Assembly: GCA_951406725.2 (NCBI GenBank) | Contig: OX597816.1 | Span: forward strand, 82,336,001 to 82,400,000 | DNA from: Octopus vulgaris | Lineage: Eukaryota | Direction: 5' to 3' | Length of the DNA stretch: 64,000 nt | Shown: piece after piece, positions 54,240 to 64,000 of the stretch | Layout: each line of letters starts with the position of its first letter | Numbering within the stretch: the stretch's first letter is position 1 | Notes under the pieces: model-generated | What the model was told of the DNA's origin: nothing | Database searches by the model: none | What the model saw: the letters and a program-made list of their open reading frames with translations, nothing else | Position numbers and translations under genes: made by a program

Positions 54240-54397
54240 TTTCATCTTTCTTCTGTTATGAGATCAAATTCCACTGAAGTCGACTTCGCCTTCCATTCTT
54301 TCGGGGTTGATAAATTAAGTACCAGTGAAACACTGGTACTTAATTTAATCAACTAGCCTCCTCTCCCAAAATTTCAGGCTTTGCGCCTTTAGTAGAA

Positions 54398-54429
<32 letters not shown>

Positions 54430-54680
54430 GGCGCCGAGCTGGCAGAAATGCAAGCATGCCAGGCGAAATGCTTAGTGGTATTTTGTCTGTCTTTACGTTC
54501 TGAGATCAAATTCCGCCAAGGTAAACTTTGCCTTTCATCCTTTCGGAGTCGATAAATTAAGTACCAGTTGCATACTGGGGTCGATCTAATCAACTAGCCC
54601 TCACTCCCCTACAAAAAAAAAAGTTGGGACCTTGTGGCTAGAGTAGAAAAGGTTATTATTATTACTACTACTATTACTAC
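54240..54680 (+). mobile_element. Two tandem copies of a second tRNA-derived SINE family (Meta-domain-like) with (TTA)n tails
   Basis: ggcgccgagctggcagaa head, gagatcaaattcc B-box-like motif, gcctttcatcctttcggagtcgataaattaagtaccag central motif and (TTA)n tails. The Meta-domain assignment is from memory of that motif. Confidence 0.78.
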
Positions 54681-57600
54681 TAGGATGGGAATTTGACAAA
54701 ACGCTATCTCTTTATATACAGAATTCAAATTTTATTTGCAAAAAGTAAAATAATAGAGATAATAAATCAAACTCAATTCAATCAACTATTTCCTTCCCAA
54801 TAAATTTGTATCCTTGTGTCAATCAATATGAGAAGTCATCATCTTTATTATAGCACCACCATGTACTATAATAATGATATACACACATGCACACACCTGC
54901 TTCAAAACAAATTTTATTTCTGAAGATAAAACTGGTTCCCTCTTAATCCCCAAGTTTGATGCCATAATTAAGTAGAACATATTTGCATTTCAATCCTAAT
55001 TACTTACAATTTTACTAAAGTTAGATTAATGAAAACAGTTACCATACTTTAAATCAGGACACTATTCATAATTTTTATATTTCATTAAGTCAATAATGGG
55101 GAAAATTGGCCATTTTAGTTGTCTGGCTAATTACCTTTTTTTTATGGAAAAGATAAACAGAAACTACTTTTAACATTTTTTTTTTTTCTCTAAAGATGAA
55201 GTAATAGAAACAATGCAGTGTCTGTGTGTATGTGTACTTGCACATGCAAATGTGAAAAGAAAAAAAAGGAAAAGAAAATTCTGACTATAAAAAAAATGCC
55301 TGGCTTAATATTAGCTTTTCAACTTTTTCCAACCTGCAGGCTTTAGAAACCAGAAAAAATATTTTTTGTAGTAATCTACACATAATAGTCCAACAAAAAA
55401 AGGTAAAACATTGGAGAAATTTCATAGTAAACCAATGAAGTTATGTTCAAAGCCTGATTTTAATACTACATATCTCATCCTGCTGTGCATTGTTGTTGGT
55501 CCTTGAGATATCAATTTCATTTTCACTATCTGCAAATGACCAGCTATTCCAGCTATGATTGTAGCCTAAGCTTTGAGCTACCCACCTATTATGCAGAACA
55601 ATTTGTTGGCTTGATACTACCTTAAGTCCTAAATGACCATAATGGATTAAATGATGGCCAATTAGTTTGAGTTCAAATCCACTGTAAACATTTCATTTTT
55701 ACTTTAGATATAAGGTATGATCTGATTCACTTCCTTTACCCAACTGTCAGTGATAGGTATCAGATTGTCTGTAAAAAGTTATATGCAGGAGTTGCATTCT
55801 ATCTAATGGAAGGAACCCTCACCTCACAATGTAGAGAGTTGATTTTAAGCACTGGCTTCATGATTTACACTTTTTAATTAACTCTTAGCTTCTTGGGATG
55901 AACAGAAGGGTTGATTTCATTTAGATTTGGACAGATTTCTTTTCACACTCATTACTAGGAAGCACAAAGACATCTTTCATTTCAATTTCAATACATTACA
56001 AGTTATTACTATTGTAATGATTAAAACAGGCAGATAACAGAAATGGTAGAGTGCCAGGCAAAAAAAAAAAAAAATTTTTTTTCTTTTTCCTTTTATACAT
56101 TTCTCAGGGCTAATATAAAAGAAATGTCAGTCAAGTACTGGGAGTCAAATTGTGTGGATACAATCTGAAATTTTGTGGTTATGTGTTAGTATCATAACTC
56201 ATTAGCATTATTTTAAATAGCAATATTTAGCCTTTAACCCTTCAATCATGAAATGATTTTCATCTTTTATCCTTCTGGTGTTGATAAAATATGTACTAGT
56301 CACACGCTGGTCAATTTAATCAACCCTATGGTTTTTGGTCTTGTGTCAAGATTTAAAATTGAAAAGCAATCTGAGGTTCTATAAAAAAAATATATCTACA
56401 CCATTTGAAGATTTTAATTAACAACAATCTTTTTCTAATTATGAATACTACTGAGAATGCCTAAATAGTAAAAAAAAAATCAATTTACAATGTCATATGG
56501 GAAGAATATTTTTATTAACAGTATGAAAAAAATTTGTTTTTCAACAAAATCCCCACCACCACAGCTTTCTCAAAAATAAGAACAAGAATGATATCCCTGA
56601 TGCATTGTTGATTTAAGACTATTGAATCATATAATGTGTTGCAAGAATAGCAAATCATAATAGATTTGAAAAATCCCCCCCGAGTGAATTGTATATGGCT
56701 ATAATTGAATAAAAGAATTACATTCAATGCACTGGTGAATTTTATTGATATATTTATTTATTTATTTTAAAATTAAGTCATCTGAATTTTGCTTGCTGAT
56801 TTACTGATTACCTTCAAACATTTCCCTCTCTGTATATACACACATACACACACACTCTCTCTCGATGCCAAGACACCAACTATGAATGGAGAAATAAAGA
56901 TGTAGATACCAAAATATCTGGGGTGGTTTTTTTTTTTTTTTTTGTAAATGGACATTAGTTTGGTGGGTGGGAGACAAAATTTCTTTTGAGATATATTTTT
57001 CCTTATGTAAACTAATTTAGTCAACAACTATCTCTGGATACCAAGTCTCCAAGTTTAAATTACCAAATTCATAACATTTTATAATTGGTGTCTCAGTTGT
57101 ACATGAAATTCATAGCAACACAAGATTTTTTGGGGTGTGCTAATATGGTATTTTGCATTGTTCCAGAATAGAATATACTTTGCAAATGGAAACAAAGCAG
57201 AATGTAACATCCAAAGTCATTTATCTAATATATTTTCGAAGTGTAAATATTTCAAAGATAAACAAATGAAAAATAATGTACCTCACTCCTACAACTTTTG
57301 GTTGTTCAAAGTTAAGTTAGATGCTAATACTATGAATTTTTCAATTAACAAAGATAATAAAAATGTCAAAAGAATTTAAGAGGAATTACTGAAAGCAATT
57401 GGAATTGTTGCTGAGCTTTTCATGCAAATTCCATATTTGCTAACTCTTAGCTTAAATTTCACATACTGCATAGTACAGAGCAAAAATGAAATGAAAAATT
57501 ATCAAACAACATTGACATAGCAACTGATGCAAGAAAACTATTCAATCTCCACAAAGAACCTGTAGAATACATATTCCTAATAATGCAAAACCAGTCAAAC

Positions 57601-60600
57601 TATGATGGAAATTGTATCACCTCAGTGTTAGGTATTCAGTACATAAAGACCATAAACAACTCACTAGAAATGGAAGCAGCCAAGCTAAAAACCAACACCA
57701 CCAAACATAATAAACATACATACTATCACCAACATGACCCACTACCACACAGAATATCAACAGTATTTAAGGAAAACTTCAATGCATAAAACTTGACATA
57801 TGGTAGAAGAAAAGAATATCACAACTAAATTCCCTCTATTTCAATAACACCTCATATTCACAATAGTTAGCTACAATATATAACTACTGCACCCATATAG
57901 GCAAACAATACCACAACACTCCTTTAATCATGTACCTAATATCATCAAAATATACCTCAATGAACAAAACTAGGAACTTTACAAACTTCAATAAAAGCTC
58001 ATTGAACCAGTAAGAGAAAATTTCAGTTCAAAACTGAACAACAGATTCTACAACACACACACTCACCAACAAGTAACACAGGTATACCTATTAACCAACA
58101 ATGGAGCCTGTATGTGGTCACTCAACCCATTAGAAATCGATGTCAATTATCACTCAAACTTCATACTATTATTAAAAATTAAAGATAAGACATGAAATAA
58201 TGTAATTCTATACCTCCATTTAAAATGATAGGCTGGTCACAGCTGGAATACCTGTATTTATAAGACTGCTCAATCACAGATGACCTGAGATTGCCAGGAT
58301 TAAACAACAATCAACTTTGTTGAATTAAAACATGCAGTATGGGTTTTCTCTACAATTAGGCATTCAAGCATTGAGATTCAAGCCTCTGGTCTAGAGGTAT
58401 CTTCTTTCTTCCCTACCATCAGTGTCAGAAGACCTGAAAAGAGTCATAGATGCTGCCATCCTTCCTCTGACTAAGCCAGTATTTTTTCTATAAGGAGAGG
58501 GCCACGTTTAATAAAATTAAGATAACTTTAAACTGTTTAAACTTTCCTCAACATCAGAGTAAAGGGGGGAAAAAAAAGAATTATATGGATGCAAAAATCT
58601 TTTGTTTTCTAATCTGTAAAAAGAAAAGAAAGACAAAACATAAATTTTAATATTTCTTGGTGAGGAGATCATATCAGCCTGCAAACCATTGAACTGAGCC
58701 ATGAAGAAAAGAGAAAGTGGTGAAATCCCACTTCATTTCTATACTCAGTATGTTGGAGTGATTTATCTAAATGACAATTAAAGCAATATAAACCAATGAT
58801 TACCATCTTTCAGGTTTTAAATGATCCAACACAGATCTAATACATAAAACAATTTTAGATAGCAAACTGAAAATTTTTTATGTTGATACATCAATCAGGT
58901 CTTGTTGAAATTCAATTGAGTTTATTTTTCAGAATAATTGTCTTCAAGCATAAGATTTATCAAATCTATGATAGTGCAGGTTTAACTAGTCTTAAAAAAT
59001 GTAATTACTTTATAAACCAGTAAAAAAATTAAAGATAAAATAGAACAAAGGGCATCCATACTGTGGAAAGATATAATTTGTAACAAGTGCTTTCAAAAAT
59101 CTTGACAATACTGATTCAAAACAACATAAGATTAACTCTTAGACTAAACTTAATAATTAACTAGTGAGATCCATGAATATTTCAAGGAATTAATGGTAAA
59201 CTTATTGGTTTATTTCTGAAAACTTTATCCAAAAAACCTGAAAGTATAGCCGGTTTCATGTCTGTATCAAATGATAGTCACTCATCTGCAAATCATTGAA
59301 GAATAAAGGAAATTAGAATACGATAAATTAATGCACTTTATATACTTTATACACAATTTCTTCAACTTAATACACAGCACTCTGCCTCTTCTCTCTCCTT
59401 TTTCTCTTGCTCATTGCCTTTCTCTTCAACTTATGTGAAAGTGTTACACACAGGCTAAGTAATGGAGGGGGGGAAAAACTTAGTTTTAAAAAAAAATTGT
59501 ACAGTTCACTCACCACCCATTTCCTCCTCCATCTCTCCTTCAACTAATCACATGGAAGTATTACAGACAAGCTAAGTAATGGAAGAACAAGCAAAATTAT
59601 TATAAGACTCTCTTTCGCTCTCTCTCAGAACAAAACTCAAAATTAGCAATACAATTGCAATTAAGTCTGTTAAATTGCAAGTGATATAAATGAAATTAGA
59701 AAGTGTTACAAGCCCTCCCTCCACTCATTACAGATTCTATTGGCTTAGGTTTACTAACTGTTGGTGCTTATTCACAAATGGTGACAAAGGTTAATATACA
59801 TACTTTTTTTTAAGTAAGTCTTAAGAAAAATACAATTATTTCTCTGTACTTTGTCAGTTTGCTTTAGCTTAACAGTCCCTTTCTTTAAAACAAGTGCCAA
59901 CACAAACTTGATTAAAGACTAATGATTAACTAGAAGAGAAACAAATTGGATAATTGATTACTCATAGATACTTTACTAGGCCATATTTAAAGAGATATTT
60001 GGAAATTGTTATAACTTTTTGCTAACCATACCAAGAATAGGCTTAAGAAGCTAACCAAGAGATAAAAGTAATTCTCAAAGTACAGTCCAATTTTCAAAAT
60101 AATCTCTGCATCTGAATGAACAAAACACACACACACACACTAAAGAACTATCTTGAACAGCTCTTTAAATGATAAATTTCAAAAATTGATGAACATTACT
60201 GGAGGTGTCTTGAGAAGCGGAATAAAATAGATATTCAATAGAAGATTACTATTATTTAAAATATGACACCTTAACCGTATAATCAATAAAACCGATCATT
60301 GCTGAAAAGATCTGAAAGCAGTTCTCAACAGGATATTTTCAGTTCTTTTTCCTCTGATACTATATCTGTTGGACATAGCTATTTTGAACTAAAGCTCTCT
60401 AGGTTCAGCTGACAGCACTTTTCCAAACTGCATATATCAATAATGATTTTAGAAATTCAACAGAAAACTGTATTAATAATAATTTTTCTCAACCAATCTG
60501 CAATCATCTGATTAATCATACCATGTTTCTCCTCAAATTACTGCCAATCTATTGGCATCATTATTGGACTTATTTCTCACCTGAACACTATGCAGCCTAC

Positions 60601-63212
60601 ATATATTGTCAGTAAAAGGTAATTATTAAACACTATGCTAGTTTCATTCTCAACATTAATTAAGGGTCGTGATATTAGCCACTTACAAAGAACAAGAGCA
60701 ACCCTTAAAGTTACTCAAGAATCTATCATACTTCTTGGTGTCTGCACAATACTAAATTTTCATCTATGCTACTTCTATTAAAGATCTGTCCTTTTCTCTG
60801 ATGAAAGAGTCTAACACACATAATTCCTTACTCATAAATTTTATTTACTTTCAAGAGCTAAAATAAATCTATTTTCCTGGATTTCAAATTTTCTAGTAAC
60901 TACTGATTTCACAAGAGAGCAAAGCTTCTGTCTTTATTCAGAAAGTGTTCATAATATATTTTAAACCCAATTTCAAAATAGTTTATATAAAACTGATATG
61001 CACTACTATGCAATCTTTTAATGCTCATTTATCCATGATAGAATGGATCAGATAAATTTGTAATCTTGAAGACTTCTACACACTCTTACACATTTTTAAA
61101 GAAGGGACAACAGAATACGACTATTTTATAAAGTCAAACCATTTTGACTAATTTTCTCAAAGTATTAAATGAAGTTTCTTTGTTGTATAGTATCCTAAAT
61201 ATACATTATATTTTTATTATCAGTGAAGTTAGAAATCAGCTGATTAAGTCAAATCAAATGGCCTACTCAATAGCTCCAAAACAACTAGAATCCCTTCCTC
61301 TAAGATAAGTTTCTTTTTATGAACATCACGAAAGATAAGAAACAGATACCATTATGTATTGTAAGATTACACAATACATAGAGAAAATACGACAATGAAA
61401 ATGTAATATAAACATGAATAGGAAGCTGTTATATTCAACAGAACAGAAAATGAGCACAAAATTTAAAAATTGATCATTTATAACAAAAAATTAACCAATA
61501 ATTTATAGTATTCTCCATGTCCTTAAGTTAAATTTTCAATAAATTTCTACCGTTTTATTTTACTTTACAGTTAAAAATATAGCTAACTTCATCATTCATA
61601 TATAATAAATCCCGATACTGATAACATGAATGAAAAAGAAATTAAAATGCAATAACAGGTAAGTCTGGAAAAGGTTTGTTTCCAGAACATAAAATTTATA
61701 AAATCAATACAGATGATCCAAAAATTCAATAAAACCATTTTCTAAAAAGAAAAGTGCGTGTGTATGTGTTGGGGAGGGGGAGAGATTCTATATGAATCCG
61801 GTTTTAAAGTAAACAATCTGAATTGCAGTGACTGAGAATAAATAAATTGCTGTTATCAAAAGTCATCCAAATAATACTATTTGAAGAGCTTTGAATGACA
61901 GTTACTTTCAAAGTAATTTTAAAATCACTATTGAGTTAAGCTTCAAAGAAACCAAATACACTCAATTTTCAGTTGAACCCAGTTAATTATTCAAATTGTG
62001 CTGTCACAGGTGGAATGGGTTTGTATAGTAGGTGAGATTCGAAATATTTAGCAATTTGAAGATGAAATTTTGAATCTGCCATCTATTCTAGAAGAGGTTG
62101 CTCAAGTTCTTCTAGAAGTTTAAAGAGATACGTCTTCCACCAGAAACAGCTCCAGTCTGCTAAATAGAATTGTTGGAGAACAAAAACATTTATTAGACTA
62201 AACCCAGAGACAACAAAGTGCCTGCACTGAATTTGAACTCAAGATTTGAGCCAATTGTCCAAGTTACAGAGTTCAATACTGCAGGAACACTACTATTACT
62301 AACTTGGACTAAGATTTAATATACTTAAGAGCAAACACAACCAATTTATAATTGCTATTATAATGCTATGTTTCAAAGAGGTAACTGTTAATAGGAATCT
62401 CACAAAAAGAATGCATCTAAATTGAAACCATATGCATTCAATAGAGCCTGCAAAAGCTAAACCACATAGGAATATTTTGAATTTCCCCTTACTCCTCAAT
62501 ACAATATTGTTATCCTTCTGCATTTATTCAGATATCCTATAGAAAGATGGTTATTTTTAAATATTGAACCATAAATTATTTACTCAATAATTTGATGACA
62601 AATTTAATGGGAAATAGAAGATATTAATAAAACTTCACAATCAAATATTTGGCTTCATGAATTTATCAGTATTCTATTAAATAATAACCGAAAGAGCTGC
62701 GATAAAGTGATTTCTTTTATCTTCTGATAACAATTGAAATCCTGCAAAATTATTTGCAGTCTAGGCATGAAGGTATAAAGAAAGTATAACATGATGGCAC
62801 TTTAAAGCAACTGAGATGAAAATATATTAGAAATCAATATTGATTTCTTGTACTAGCACAAGGCCTCAAATTCAGAGATAAAGGGAAATAAAATTGTATA
62901 ATAATTGTAGAAGGTGTCTTTAAAAAAGGTTACAGGTAAGAAATGCCAGAAGAGGAATCTATTGACATTAGTCCCTATTTCTGTTGTGTAGCCACAGCAA
63001 TACTTGCTCAATTAGACAAAAGACTAAGCTTTAGTTTGGTCTGGAACTAAGTTGCATTTTGTGGTAGTGTTGATTCCTAAAGATTTATTATGCTAGCAGA
63101 GTTTTGTGATTGAAAAGTGTTGCAACCATGTAGTTCAGATTTGATCCCACTGAATTCTTTTTGAGAGGAATTTGGAAGGCAGAAACTGTGAGGAAACATC
63201 CGTGCGTGCATG

Positions 63213-63475
63213 CATGCGTGTGTGTACATATGCACACATGCGTGTGTGTACATATGCACACATGCGTGTGTGTACATATGCACACATGCGTGTGTGTACA
63301 TATGCACACATGCGTGTGTGTACATATGCACACATGCGTGTGTGTACATATGCACACATGCGTGTGTGTACATATGCACACATGTGTGTGTGTACATATG
63401 CACACATGCATGTGTGTACATATGCACACATGCGTGTGTGTACATATGCACACATGCATGCATGCGTGTGTGTAC
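63213..63475. repeat. 24-bp minisatellite, about 10 copies
   Basis: Unit catgcgtgtgtgtacatatgcaca. Confidence 0.95.
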
Positions 63476-64000
63476 CCATCCATCCATCCATGCATGCATG
63501 CATGTATGTATGTGCATATACCTGGTAGATTTATCAGAAGCTAAAGCTTCTTGAATCATCACTGCACTTGCTGTTACTGATCAATCAGACATAAGAATGT
63601 ATATATGTAAGGGCATACTATACATATATATGTGTGTCTGCGTTATTATTTTATGGGCAAATTTTAAAATAACAGATTTCCTGAGGTGGAGACTAAAAGT
63701 AAAGTGGCAGGTTTGGGGTGAGGGTTATAAAATTCATTTTGTCTGCCAAGCAGAAAACTATAAGATGGTTGAAAGTTTATAGAGAACCATGAAATATATA
63801 ATTTCTTTTGAAACATTTGATTTTTTATTTAGATGGTGTAAAAGTGCAGTCTTAGGAGACATCACCAACAAAAGCTATAATCCTTCTTAGTTACTTGTTA
63901 ACTCTTTGATATAAAATGAAAAATAATAGACAACACTCAAAGTAACAATTCTAACTATAGAAAGAAATCAAAGACAAACTATTTATAATGTTATTCTGCT

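Noticed and set aside
55030-58810. Candidate upstream B56 exon ends (ATG/gtaa on minus near 55040 and 58800)
   Set aside because: In-frame stops lie immediately upstream and there is no B56 similarity.
57500-60900. Possible old LINE endonuclease remnants (~57550-58070 on + and ~60250-60850 on -)
   Set aside because: Only vague compositional and motif hints, too degraded to support a call.
63077-63562. ORFs with HACVHMYT repeats suggesting a metal-binding protein
   Set aside because: Open in all six frames because the 24-bp R/Y repeat has no stops, and there is no splice or codon evidence.

Overview
AT-rich, repeat-dense animal genomic DNA. The SINE/RTE-LINE/microsatellite mix points to an octopus (coleoid cephalopod), which is an inference. 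The whole window appears to lie inside one large minus-strand gene encoding a PP2A B56 (PPP2R5, alpha/beta/epsilon or widerborst-like clade) regulatory subunit. Only two coding exons are visible (31416-31517 and 9509-9601), separated by a 21.8-kb GT-AG intron, and neither appears in the ORF track. The rest is intronic: about 10 copies or fragments of one RTE-type LINE family (the largest, 46254-48970, is nearly intact but 5'-truncated), two tRNA-derived SINE families, Tc1/mariner/maT remnants and a MITE, Helitron and Helentron elements, a Penelope GIY-YIG remnant, and a multi-kb (ATAC/AT) satellite. The most interesting observations are: (1) a 228-bp near-perfect inverted copy of host intron fused to an RTE 3' tail beside an exon, which looks like a reverse-transcriptase template switch onto the host pre-mRNA and would create a long dsRNA stem; (2) a complete C4HC3 PHD finger inserted in the RT region of the RTE protein; (3) a 3' UTR built from tandem 63-nt hairpin plus predicted pseudoknot modules. 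The long ORFs in the track (YI/CM/HT repeats) are microsatellite artefacts.
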